From positions 423,584,001 to 423,648,000 of the forward strand of contig OZ024740.1 of assembly GCA_964016885.1 (NCBI GenBank): a stretch of 64,000 nucleotides of DNA, read 5' to 3'. The DNA is from Eledone cirrhosa. Lineage: Eukaryota. Shown piece after piece: positions 24,401-39,400 of this stretch. Numbering within the stretch: position 1 is the first letter of the stretch; each line of letters opens with the position of its first letter. Under the pieces are notes generated by a model. That model did no database searches. It saw nothing but the letters and a program-made list of their open reading frames with translations, and was not told the origin of the DNA. The translations under genes and the position numbers were made by a program.

Positions 24401-27400
24401 ACTAATGTAGTTCAATCTAATTCTATATAAGATTGTAGTGGTATTGACTAATGTAGTCCAATCTAATTCTATATAAGACTGTAGTGGTATTGACTAATGT
24501 AGTCCAATCTAATTCTATATAAGACTGTAGTGGTATTGACTAATGTACTCCAATCTAATTCTATATAAGACTGTAGTGTTATTGACTAATGTACTCCAAT
24601 CTAATTCTATATAAGACTGTAGTGGTATTGACTAATGTACTCCAATCTAATTCTATATAAGACTGTAGTGGCATTGACTAATGAACTCCAATCTAATTCT
24701 ATATAAGACTGTAGTGGTATTGACTAATGTACTCCAATCTAATTCTATATAAGACTGTAGTGGTATTGACTAATGTACTCCATTCTAATTCTATATAAGA
24801 CTGTAGTGGTATTGACTAATGTACTCCAATCTAATTCTATATAAGACTGTAGTGGTATTGACTAATGTAGTCCAATCTAATTCTATATAAGACTGTAGTG
24901 GTATTGACTAATGTACTCCAATCTAATTCTATATAAGACTGTAGTGGTATTGACTAATGAACTCCAATCTAATTCTATATAAGACTGTAGTGGTATTGAC
25001 TAATGTAGTCCAATCTAATTCTATATAAGACTGTAGTGGTATTGACTAATGTACTCCAATCTAATTCTATATGAGACTGTAGTGGTATTGACTAATGTAC
25101 TCCAATCTAATTCTATATAAGACTGTAGTGGTATTGACTAATGTACTCCAATCTAATTCTATATAAGACTGTAGTGGTATTGTCTAATGTACTCCAATCT
25201 AATTCTATATAAGACTGTAGTGGTATTGACTAATGTAGTCCAATCTAATTCTATATAAGACTGTAGTGGTATTGACTAATGTACTCCAATCTAATTCTAT
25301 ATAAGACTGTAGTGGTATTGACTAATGTAGTCCAATCTATTTCTATATAAGACTGTAGTGGTATTGACTAATGTAGTCCAATCTATTTCTATATAAGACT
25401 GTAGTGGTATTGACTAATGTACTCCAATCTAATTCTATATGAGACTGTAGTGGTATTGACTAATGTACTCCAATCTAATTCTATATAAGACTGTAGTGGT
25501 ATTGACTAATGTACTCCAATCTAATTCTATATAAGACTGTAGTGGTATTGACTAATGTAGTCCAATCTATTTCTATATAAGACTGTAGTGGTATTGACTA
25601 ATGTACTCCAATCTAATTCTATATGAGACTGTAGTGGTATTGACTAATGTACTCCAATCTAATTCTATATGAGACTGTAGTGGTATTGACTAATGTAGTC
25701 CAATCTAATTCTATATAAGACTGTAGGGTATTGACTAATGTAGTCCAATCTAATTCTATATAAGACTGTAGGGTATTGACTAATGTAGTCCAATCTATTT
25801 CTATATAAGACTGTAGTGGTATTGACTAATGTACTCCAATCTAATTCTATATGAGACTGTAGTGGTATTGACTAATGTACTCCAATCTAATTCTATATGA
25901 GACTGTAGTGGTATTGACTAATGTAGTCCAATCTAATTCTATATAAGACTGTAGGGTATTGACTAATGTACTCCAATCTAATTCTATATAAGACTGTAGG
26001 GTATTGACTAATGTAGTCCAACCTAATTCTATATAAGACTGTAGTGGTATTGACTAAAGTAGTCCAATCTAATTCTATATAAGACTGTAGTGGTATTGAC
26101 TAATGTAGTCCAACCTAATTCTATATAAGACTGTAGTGGTATTGACTAATGTACTCCAATCTAATTCTATATAAGACTGTAGTGGTATTGACTAATGTAC
26201 TCCAATCTAATTCTATATAAGACTGTAGTGGTATTGACTAATGTACTCCAATCTAATTCTATATAAGACTGTAGTGGTATTGACTAATGTAGTCCAATCT
26301 AATTCTATATAAGACTGTAGTGGTATTGACTAATGTAGTCCAATCTAATTCTATATAAGACTGTAGTGGTATTGACTAATGTACTCCAATCTAATTCTAT
26401 ATAAGACTGTAGTGGTATTGACTAATGTACTCCAATCTAATTCTATATGAGACTGTAGTGGTATTGACTAATGTACTCCAATCTAATTCTATATAAGACT
26501 GTAGTGGTATTGACTAATGTACTCCAATCTAATTCTATATAAGACTGTAGTGGTATTGACTAATGTAGTCCAATCTATTTCTATATAAGACTGTAGTGGT
26601 ATTGACTAATGTAGTCCAATCTATTTCTATATAAGACTGTAGTGGTATTGACTAATGTACTCCAATCTAATTCTATATGAGACTGTAGTGGTATTGACTA
26701 ATGTACTCCAATCTAATTCTATATGAGACTGTAGTGGTATTGACTAATGTACTCCAATCTAATTCTATATGAGACTGTAGTGGTATTGACTAATGTACTC
26801 CAATCTAATTCTATATAAGACTGTAGTGGTATTGACTAATGTACTCCAATCTAATTCTATATAAGACTGTAGTGGTATTGACTAATGTAGTCCAATCTAA
26901 TTCTATATAAGACGGTAGTGGTACTGACTAATGTAGTCCAATCTAATTCTATATAAGACTGTAGTGGTATTGACTAATGTACTCCAATCTAATTCTATAT
27001 AAGACTGTAGTGGTACTGACTAATGTACTCCAATCTAATTCTATATAAGACTGTAGTGGTACTGACTAATGTACTCCAATCTAATTCTATATAAGACTGT
27101 AGTGGTACTGACTAATGTACTCCAATCTAATTCTATATAAGACTGTAGTGGTACTGACTAATGTACTCCAATCTAATTCTATATAAGACTGTAGTGGTAT
27201 TGACTAATGTAGTCCAATCTAATTCTATATAAGACTGTAGTGGTATTGACTAATGTAGTCCAATCTAATTCTATATAAGACTGTAGTGGTACTGACTAAT
27301 GTACTCCAATCTAATTCTATATAAGACTGTAGTGGTACTGACTAATGTACTCCAATCTAATTCAATATAAGACTGTAGTGGTATTGACTAATGTACTCCA

Positions 27401-30400
27401 ATCTAATTCTATATAAGACTGTAGTGGTATTGACTAATGTACTCCAATCTAATTCTATATAAGACTGTAGTGGTATTGACTAATGTACTCCAATCTAATT
27501 CTATATAAGACTGTAGTGTTATTGACTAATGTACTCCAACCTAATTCTATATAAGCCTGTAGTGGTATTGACTAATGTACTCCAATCTAATTCTATATAA
27601 GACTGTAGTGGTATTGACTAATGTACTCCAATCTAATTCTATATAAGACTGTAGTGGTACTGACTAATGTACTCAAATCTAATTCTATATAAGACTGTAG
27701 TGGTACTGACTAATGTAGTCCAACCTAATTCTATATAAGACTGTAGTGGTATTGACTAATGTACTCCAATCTAATTCTATATAAGACTGTAGTGGTATTG
27801 ACTAATGTAGTCCAATCTAATTCTATATAAGACTGTAGTGGCATTGACTAATGTACTCCAATCTAATTCTATATAAGACTGTAGTGGCATTGACTAATGT
27901 ACTCCAATCTAATTCTATATAAGACTGTAGTGGTATTGACTAATGTACTCCAATCTAATTCTATATAAGACTGTAGTGGTATTGACTAATGTACTCCAAT
28001 CTAATTCTATATAAGACTGTAGTGGTATTGACTAATGTAGTCCAATCTAATTCTATATAAGACTGTAGTGGCATTGACTAATGTACTCCAATCTAATTCT
28101 ATATAAGACTGTAGTGGTATTGACTAATGTACTCCAATCTAATTCTATATAAGACTGTAGTGGTATTGACTAATGTAGTCCAACCTAATTCTATATAAGA
28201 CTGTAGTGGTATTGACTAATGTACTCCAATCTAATTCTATATAAGACTGTAGTGGTATTGACTAATGTACTCCAATCTAATTCTATATAAGACTGTAGTG
28301 GTATTGACTAATGTACTCCAATCTAATTCTATATAAGACTGTAGTGGTATTGACTAATGTAGTCCAATCTAATTCTATATAAGACTGTAGTGGTATTGAC
28401 TAATGTACTCCAATCTAATTCTATATAAGACTGTAGTGGTATTGACTAATGAACTCCAATCTAATTCTATATAAGACTGTAGTGGTATTGACTAATGTAG
28501 TCCAATCTAATTCTATATAAGACTGTAGTGGTATTGACTAATGTACTCCAATCTAATTCTATATGAGACTGTAGTGGTATTGACTAATGTACTCCAATCT
28601 AATTCTATATAAGACTGTAGTGGTATTGACTAATGTACTCCAATCTAATTCTATATAAGACTGTAGTGGTATTGTCTAATGTACTCCAATCTAATTCTAT
28701 ATAAGACTGTAGTGGTATTGACTAATGTAGTCCAATCTAATTCTATATAAGACTGTAGTGGTATTGACTAATGTACTCCAATCTAATTCTATATAAGACT
28801 GTAGTGGTATTGACTTATGTAGTCCAATCTATTTCTATATAAGACTGTAGTGGTATTGACTAATGTAGTTCAATCTAATTCTATATAAGACTGTAGTGGT
28901 ACTGACTAATGTACTCCAATCTAATTCTATATAAGACTGTAGTGGTACTGACTAATGTACTCCAGTCTAATTCTATATAAGACTGTAGTGGTACTGACTA
29001 ATGTACTCCAATCTAATTCTATATAAGACTGTAGTGGTATTGACTAATGTAGTCCAATCTAATTCTATATAAGACTGTAGTGGTATTGACTAATGTAGTC
29101 CAATCTAATTCTATATAAGACTGTAGTGGTATTGACTAATGTACTCCAATCTAATTCTATATAAGACTGTAGTGGTGCTGACTAATGTACTCCAATCTAA
29201 TTCTATATAAGACTGTAGTGGTATTGACTAATGAACTCCAATCTAATTCTATATAAGACTGTAGTGGTACTGACTAATGTACTCCAATCTAATTCTATAT
29301 AAGACTGTAGTGGTACTGACTAATGTACTCCAATCTAATTCTATATAAGACTGTAGTGGTATTGACTAATGTAGTCCAATCTAATTCTATATAAGACTGT
29401 AGTGGTATTGACTAATGTAGTCCAATCTAATTCTATATAAGACTGTAGTGGTATTGACTAATGTAGTCCAATCTAATTCTATATAAGACTGTAGTGGTAT
29501 TGACTAATATACTCCAATCTAATTCTATATAAGACTGTAGTGGTATTGACTAATGTACTCCAATCTAATTCTATATAAGACTGTAGTGGTATTGACTAAT
29601 ATACTCCAATCTAATTCTATATAAGACTGTAGTGGTATTGACTAATGTAGTCCAATCTAATTCTATATAAGACTGTAGTGGTATTGACTAATGTAGTCCA
29701 ATCTAATTCTATATAAGACTGTAGTGGTATTGACTAATGTAGTCCAATCTAATTCTATATAAGACTGTAGTGGTATTGACTAATGTAGTCCAATCTAATT
29801 CTATATAAGACTGTAGTGGTATTGACTAATGTAGTCCAATCTAATTCTATATAAGACTGTAGTGGTATTGACTAATGTACTCCAATCTAATTCTATATAA
29901 GACTGTAGTGGTATTGACTAATATACTCCAATCTAATTCTATATAAGACTGTAGTGGTATTGACTAATGTACTCCAATCTAATTCTATATAAGACTGTAG
30001 TAGTATTGACTAATATACTCCAATCTAATTCTATATAAGACTGTAGTGGTATTGACTAATGTAGTCCAATCTAATTCTATATAAGACTGTAGTGGTATTG
30101 ACTAATGTAGTCCAATCTAATTCTATATAAGACTGTAGTGGTATTGACTAATGTAGTCCAATCTAATTCTATATAAGACTGTAGTGGTATTGACTAATGT
30201 AGTTCAATCTAATTCTATATAAGACTGTAGTGGTATTGACTAATGTAGTTCAATCTAATTCTATATAAGACTGTAGTGGTATTGACTAATGTAGTCCAAT
30301 CTAATTCTATATAAGACTGTAGTGGTATTGACTAATGTAGTTCAATCTAATTCTATATAAGACTGTAGTGGTATTGACTAATATACTCCAATCTAATTCT

Positions 30401-33400
30401 ATATAAGACTGTAGTGGTATTGACTAATGTAGTCCAATCTAATTCTATATAAGACTGTAGTGGTATTGACTAATGTAGTTCAATCTAATTCTATATAAGA
30501 CTGTAGTGGTATTGACTAATGTACTCCAATCTAATTCTATATAAGACTGTAGTGGTATTGACTAATGTACTCCAATCTAATTCTATATAAGACTGTAGTG
30601 GTATTGACTAATGTAGTTCAATCTAATTCTATATAAGATTGTAGTGGTATTGACTAATGTAGTCCAATCTAATTCTATATAAGACTGTAGTGGTATTGAC
30701 TAATGTAGTCCAATCTAATTCTATATAAGACTGTAGTGGTATTGACTAATGTACTCCAATCTAATTCTATATAAGACTGTAGTGTTATTGACTAATGTAC
30801 TCCAATCTAATTCTATATAAGACTGTAGTGGTATTGACTAATGTACTCCAATCTAATTCTATATAAGACTGTAGTGGCATTGACTAATGAACTCCAATCT
30901 AATTCTATATAAGACTGTAGTGGTATTGACTAATGTACTCCAATCTAATTCTATATAAGACTGTAGTGGTATTGACTAATGTACTCCATTCTAATTCTAT
31001 ATAAGACTGTAGTGGTATTGACTAATGTACTCCAATCTAATTCTATATAAGTCTGTAGTGGTATTGACTAATGTAGTCCAATCTAATTCTATATAAGACT
31101 GTAGTGGTATTGACTAATGTACTCCAATCTAATTCTATATAAGACTGTAGTGGTATTGACTAATGAACTCCAATCTAATTCTATATAAGACTGTAGTGGT
31201 ATTGACTAATGTAGTGCAATCTAATTCTACATAAGACTGTAGTGGTATTGACTAATGTACTCCAATCTAATTCTATATGAGACTGTAGTGGTATTGACTA
31301 ATGTACTCCAATCTAATTCTATATAAGACTGTAGTGGTATTGACTAATGTACTCCAATCTAATTCTATATAAGACTGTAGTGGTATTGTCTAATGTACTC
31401 CAATCTAATTCTATATAAGACTGTAGTGGTATTGACTAATGTAGTCCAATCTAATTCTATATAAGACTGTAGTGGTATTGACTAATGTACTCCAATCTAA
31501 TTCTATATAAGACTGTAGTGGTATTGACTAATGTAGTCCAATCTATTTCTATATAAGACTGTAGTGGTATTGACTAATGTAGTCCAATCTATTTCTATAT
31601 AAGACTGTAGTGGTATTGACTAATGTACTCCAATCTAATTCTATATGAGACTGTAGTGGTATTGACTAATGTACTCCAATCTAATTCTATATAAGACTGT
31701 AGTGGTATTGACTAATGTACTCCAATCTAATTCTATATAAGACTGTAGTGGTATTGACTAATGTAGTCCAATCTATTTCTATATAAGACTGTAGTGGTAT
31801 TGACTAATGTACTCCAATCTAATTCTATATGAGACTGTAGTGGTATTGACTAATGTACTCCAATCTAATTCTATATGAGACTGTAGTGGTATTGACTAAT
31901 GTAGTCCAATCTAATTCTATATAAGACTGTAGGGTATTGACTAATGTAGTCCAATCTAATTCTATATAAGACTGTAGGGTATTGACTAATGTAGTCCAAT
32001 CTATTTCTATATAAGACTGTAGTGGTATTGACTAATGTACTCCAATCTAATTCTATATGAGACTGTAGTGGTATTGACTAATGTACTCCAATCTAATTCT
32101 ATATGAGACTGTAGTGGTATTGACTAATGTAGTCCAATCTAATTCTATATAAGACTGTAGGGTATTGACTAATGTAGTCCAATCTAATTCTATATAAGAC
32201 TGTAGGGTATTGACTAATGTAGTCCAACCTAATTCTATATAAGACTGTAGTGGTATTGACTAAAGTAGTCCAATCTAATTCTATATAAGACTGTAGTGGT
32301 ATTGACTAATGTAGACCAATCTAATTCTATATAAGACTGTAGTGGTATTGACTAATGTACTCCAATCTAATTCTATATAAGACTGTAGTGGTATTGACTA
32401 ATGTAGTTCAATCTAATTCTATATAAGACTGTAGTGGTACTGACTAATGTACTCCAATCTAATTCTATATAAGACTGTAGTGGTACTGACTAATGTACTC
32501 CAATCTAATTCTATATAAGACTGTAGTGGTACTGACTAATGTACTCCAATCTAATTCTATATAAGACTGTAGTGGTATTGACTAATGTAGTCCAATCTAA
32601 TTCTATATAAGACTGTAGTGGTATTGACTAATGTAGTCCAATCTAATTCTATATAAGACTGTAGTGGTATTGACTAATGTACTCCAATCTAATTCTATAT
32701 AAGACTGTAGTGGTACTGACTAATGTACTCCAATCTAATTCTATATAAGACTGTAGTGGTATTGACTAATGAACTCCAATCTAATTCTATATAAGACTGT
32801 AGTGGTACTGACTAATGTACTCCAATCTAATTCTATATAAGACTGTAGTGGTATTGACTAATGTACTCCAATCTAATTCTATATAAGACTGTAGTGTTAT
32901 TGACTAATGTACTCCAACCTAATTCTATATAAGCCTGTAGTGGTATTGACTAATGTACTCCAATCTAATTCTATATATGACTGTAGTGGTATTGACTAAT
33001 GTACTCCAATCTAATTCTATATAAGACTGTAGTGGTATTGACTAATGTACTCCAATCTATTTCTATATAAGACTGTAGTGGTATTGACTAATGTACTCCA
33101 ATCTATTTCTATATAAGACTGTAGTGGTATTGACTAATTTACTCCAATCTATTTCTATATAAGACTGTAGTGGTACTGACTAATGTACTCCAATCTATTT
33201 CTATATAAGACTGTAGTGGTATTGACTAATGTAGTCCAATCTAATTCTATATAAGAGTGTAGTGGTATTGACTAATGTACTCCAATCTATTTCTATATAA
33301 GACTGTAGTGGTATTGACTAATGTACTCCAATCTAATTCTATATAAGACTGTAGTGGTATTGACTAATGTAGTCCAATCTAATTCTATATAAGACTGTTG

Positions 33401-36400
33401 TGGTACTGACTAATGTTCTCCAATCTAATTCTATATTAGACTGTAGTGGTACTGACTAATGTACTCCAATCTAATTCTATATAAGACTGTAGTGGTACTG
33501 ACTAATGTAGTCCAACCTAATTCTATATAAGACTGTAGTGGTATTGACTAATGTAGTCCAATCTAATTCTATATAAGACTGTAGTGGTATTGACTAATGT
33601 ACTCCAATCTAATTCTATATAAGACTGTAGGGTATTGACTAATGTAGTCCAATCTAATTCTATATAAGACTGTAGTGGTATTGACTAATGTACTCCAATC
33701 TAATTCTATATAAGACTGTAGTGGTATTGACTAATGTAGTCCACTCTAATTCTATATAAGACTGTAGTGGTATTGACTAATGTAGTCCAATCTAATTCTA
33801 TATAAGACTGTAATGGTATTGACTAATGTACTCCAATCTAATTCTATATAAGACTGTAGTGGTATTGACTAATGTACTCCAATCTAATTCTATATAAGAC
33901 TGTAGTGGTATTGACTAATGTAGTCCAACCTAATTCTATATAAGACTGTAGTGGTATTGACTAATGTACTCCAATCTAATTCTATATAAGACTGTAGTGG
34001 TATTGACTAATGTAGTCCAATCTAATTCTATATAAGACTGTAGTGGTATTGACTAATGTAGTTCAATCTAATTCTATATAAGACTGTAGTGGTATTGACT
34101 AATGTACTCCAATCTAATTCTACATAAGACTGTAGTGGTATTGACTAATGTACTCCAATCTAATTCTATATAAGACTGTAGTGGTATTGACTAATGTAGT
34201 TCAATCTAATTCTATATAGGACTGTAGTGGTATTGACTAATGTAGTCCAATCTAATTCTATATAAGACTGTAGTGGTACTGACTAATGTACTCCAATCTA
34301 ATTCTATATAAGACTGTAGTGGTATTGACTAATGTAGTCCAATCTAATTCTATATAAGACTGTAGTGGTATTGACTAATGTAGTCCAATCTAATTCTATA
34401 TAAGACTGTAGTGGTATTGACTAATGTACTCCAATCTAATTCTATATAAGACTGTAGTGGTATTGACTAATGTACTCCAATCTAATTCTATATAAGACTG
34501 TAGTGGTATTGACTAATGTAGTCCAATCTAATTCTATATAAGACTGTAGTGGTATTGACTAATGTACTCCAATCTAATTCTATATAAGACTGTAGTGGTA
34601 TTGACTAATGTACTCCAATCTAATTCTATATAAGACTGTAGTGGTATTGACTAATGTAGTCCAATCTAATTCTATATAAGACTGTAGTGGTATTGACTAA
34701 TGTACTCCAATCTAATTCTATATAAGACTGTAGTGGTATTGACTAATGTACTCCAATCTAATTCTATATAAGACTGTAGTGGTATTGACTAATGTAGCCC
34801 AATCTAATTCTATATAAGACTGTAGTGGTATTGACTAATGTACTCCAATCTAATTCTATATAAGACTGTAGTGGTATTGACTAATGTACTCCAATCTAAT
34901 TCTATATAAGACTGTAGTGGTACTGACTAATGTACTCCAATCTAATTCTATATAAGACTGTAGTGGTATTGACTAATGTAGTCCAATCTAATTCTATATA
35001 AGGCTGTAGTGGTATTGACTAATGTAGTCCAATCTAATTCTATATAAGACTGTAGTGGTATTGACTAATGTAGTCCAATCTAATTCTATATAAGACTGTA
35101 GTGGTATTGACTAATGTACTCCAATCTAATTCTATATAAGACTGTAGTGGTATTGACTAATGTACTCCAATCTAATTCTATATAAGACTGTAGTGGTACT
35201 GACTAATGTACTCCAATCTAATTCTATATAAGACTGTAGTGGTATTGACTAATGTAGTCCAATCTAATTCTATATAAGACTGTAGTGGTATTGACTAATG
35301 TAGTCCAATCTAATTCTATATAAGACTGTAGTGGTATTGACTAATGTAGTCCAATCTAATTCTATATAAGACTGTAGTGGTACTGACTAATGTACTCCAA
35401 TCTAATTCTATATAAGACTGTAGTGGTACTGACTAATGTACTCCAATCTAATTCTATATAAGACTGTAGTGGTATTGACTAATGTACTCCAATCTAATTC
35501 TATATAAGACTGTAGTGGTATTGACTAATGTACTCCAATCTAATTCTATATAAGACTGTAGTGGTACTGACTAATGTACTTCAATCTAATTCTATATAAC
35601 ACTGTAGTGGTATTGACTAGTGTAGTCCAATCTAATTCTATATAAGACTGTAGTGGTATTGACTAATGTACTCCAATCTAATTCTATATAAGACTGTAGT
35701 GGTACTGACTAATGTACTTCAATCTAATTCTATATAACACTGTAGTGGTATTGACTAGTGTGGTCCAATCTAATTCTATATAAGACTGTAGTGGTATTGA
35801 CTAATGTACTCCAATCTAATTCTTTATAAGACTGTAGTGGTACTGACTAATGTACTCCAATCTAATTCTATATAAGACTGTAGTGGTATTGACTAACGTA
35901 CTCCAATCTAATTCTATATAAGACTGTAGTGGTATTGACTAATGTAGTCCAATCTAATTCTATATAAGACTGTAGTGGTATTGACTAATGTACTCCAATC
36001 TAATTCTATATAAGACTGTAGTGGTATTGACTAATGTACTCCAATCTAATTCTATTTAAGACTGTAGTGGTATTGACTAATGTAGTCCAATCTAATTCTA
36101 TATAAGACTGTAGTGGTATTGACTAATGTACTCCAATCTAATTCTATATAAGACTGTAGTGGTATTGACTAATGTAGTCCAATCTAATTCTATATAAGAC
36201 TGTAGTGGTATTGACTAATGTAGTCCAATCTAATTCTATATAAGACTGTAGTGGTATTGACTAATGTACTCCAATCTAATTCTATATAAGACTGTAGTGG
36301 TATTGACTAATGTACTCCAATCTAATTCTATATAAGACTGTAGTGGTATTGACTAATGTAGTCCAATCTAATTCTATATAAGACTGTAGTGGTATTGACT

Positions 36401-39400
36401 AATGTACTCCAATCTAATTCTATATAAGACTGTAGTGGTATTGACTAATGTACTCCAATCTAATTCTATATAAGACTGTAGTGGTATTGACTAATGTAGT
36501 CCAATCTAATTCTATATAAGACTGTAGTGGTATTGACTAATGTACTCCAATCTAATTCTATATAAGACTGTAGTGGTATTGACTAATGTACTCCAATCTA
36601 ATTCTATATAAGACTGTAGTGGTATTGACTAATGTAGCCCAATCTAATTCTATATAAGACTGTAGTGGTATTGACTAATGTACTCCAATCTAATTCTATA
36701 TAAGACTGTAGTGGTATTGACTAATGTACTCCAATCTAATTCTATATAAGACTGTAGTGGTACTGACTAATGTACTCCAATCTAATTCTATATAAGACTG
36801 TAGTGGTATTGACTAATGTAGTCCAATCTAATTCTATATAAGACTGTAGTGGTATTGACTAATGTAGTCCAATCTAATTCTATATAAGACTGTAGTGGTA
36901 TTGACTAATGTAGTCCAATCTAATTCTATATAAGACTGTAGTGGTATTGACTAATGTACTCCAATCTAATTCTATATAAGACTGTAGTGGTATTGACTAA
37001 TGTACTCCAATCTAATTCTATATAAGACTGTAGTGGTACTGACTAATGTACTCCAATCTAATTCTATATAAGACTGTAGTGGTATTGACTAATGTAGTCC
37101 AATCTAATTCTATATAAGACTGTAGTGGTATTGACTAATGTAGTCCAATCTAATTCTATATAAGACTGTAGTGGTATTGACTAATGTAGTCCAATCTAAT
37201 TCTATATAAGACTGTAGTGGTACTGACTAATGTACTCCAATCTAATTCTATATAAGACTGTAGTGGTACTGACTAATGTACTCCAATCTAATTCTATATA
37301 AGACTGTAGTGGTATTGACTAATGTACTCCAATCTAATTCTATATAAGACTGTAGTGGTATTGACTAATGTACTCCAATCTAATTCTATATAAGACTGTA
37401 GTGGTACTGACTAATGTACTTCAATCTAATTCTATATAACACTGTAGTGGTATTGACTAGTGTAGTCCAATCTAATTCTATATAAGACTGTAGTGGTATT
37501 GACTAATGTACTCCAATCTAATTCTATATAAGACTGTAGTGGTACTGACTAATGTACTTCAATCTAATTCTATATAACACTGTAGTGGTATTGACTAGTG
37601 TGGTCCAATCTAATTCTATATAAGACTGTAGTGGTATTGACTAATGTACTCCAATCTAATTCTTTATAAGACTGTAGTGGTACTGACTAATGTACTCCAA
37701 TCTAATTCTATATAAGACTGTAGTGGTATTGACTAACGTACTCCAATCTAATTCTATATAAGACTGTAGTGGTATTGACTAATGTAGTCCAATCTAATTC
37801 TATATAAGACTGTAGTGGTATTGACTAATGTACTCCAATCTAATTCTATATAAGACTGTAGTGGTATTGACTAATGTACTCCAATCTAATTCTATATAAG
37901 ACTGTAGTGGTATTGACTAATGTAGTCCAATCTAATTCTATATAAGACTGTAGTGGTATTGACTAATGTACTCCAATCTAATTCTATATAAGACTGTAGT
38001 GGTATTGACTAATGTACTCCAATCTAATTCTATATAAGACTGTAGTGGTATTGACTAATGTACTCCAATCTAATTCTATATAAGACTGTAGTGGTACTGA
38101 CTAATGTACTCCAATCTAATTCTATATAAGACTGTAGTGGTATTGACTAATGTACTCCAACCTAATTCTATATAAGACTGTAGTGGTATTGACTAATGTA
38201 CTCCAACCTAATTCTATATAAGACTGTAGTGGTATTGACTAATGTACTCCAATCTAATTCTATATAAGACTGTAGTGGTATTGACTAATGTAGTCCAATC
38301 TAATTCTATATAAGTCTGTAGTGGTATTGACTATTGTAATCCAATCTAATTCTATATAAGACTGTAGTGGTATTGACTAATGTAGTCCAATCTAATTCTA
38401 TATAAAACTGTAGTGGTATTGACTAATGTAGTCCATTTCTAATTCTATATAAGACTGTAGTGGTATTGACTAATGTAGTCCAATCTAATTCTATATAAGA
38501 CTGTAGTGGTATTGACTAATGTAGTCCAATCTAATTCTATATAAGACTGTAGTGGTATTGACTAATGTAGTCCAATCTAATTCTATATAAGACTGTAGTG
38601 GTATTGACTAATATACTCCAATCTAATTCTATATAAGACTGTAGTGGTACTGACTAATGTACTTCAATCTAATTCTATATAAGACTGTAGTGGTATTGAC
38701 TAGTGTAGTCCAATCTAATTCTATATAAGACTGTAGTGGTATTGACTAATGTACTCCAATCTAATTCTATATAAGACTGTAGTGGTATTGACTAATGTAG
38801 TCCAATCTAATTCTATATAAGACTGTAGTGGTATTGACTAATGTAGTCCAATCTAATTCTATATAAGACTGTAGTGGTATTGACTAATGTAGTCCAATCT
38901 AATTCTATATAAGACTGTAGTGGTATTGACTAATGTACTCCAATCTAATTCTATATAAGACTGTAGTGGTATTGACTAATGTAGTCCAATCTAATTCTAT
39001 ATAAGACTGTCGTGGTATTGACTAATGTACTCCAATCTAATTCTATATAAGACTGTAGTGGTATTGACTAATGTACTCCAATCTAATTCTATATAAGACT
39101 GTAGTGGTATTGACTAATGTACTCCAATCTAATTCTATATAAGACTGTAGTGGTATTGACTAATGTAGTCCAATCTAATTCTATATAAGACTGTAGTGGT
39201 ATTGACTAATGTAGTCCAATCTAATTCTATATAAGACTGTCGTGGTATTGACTAATGTACTCCAATCTAATTCTATATAAGACTGTAGTGGTATTGACTA
39301 ATGTACTCCAATCTAATTCTATATAAGACTGTAGTGGTATTGACTAATGTAGTCCAATCTAATTCTATATAAGACTGTAGTGGTATTGACTAATGTAGTC

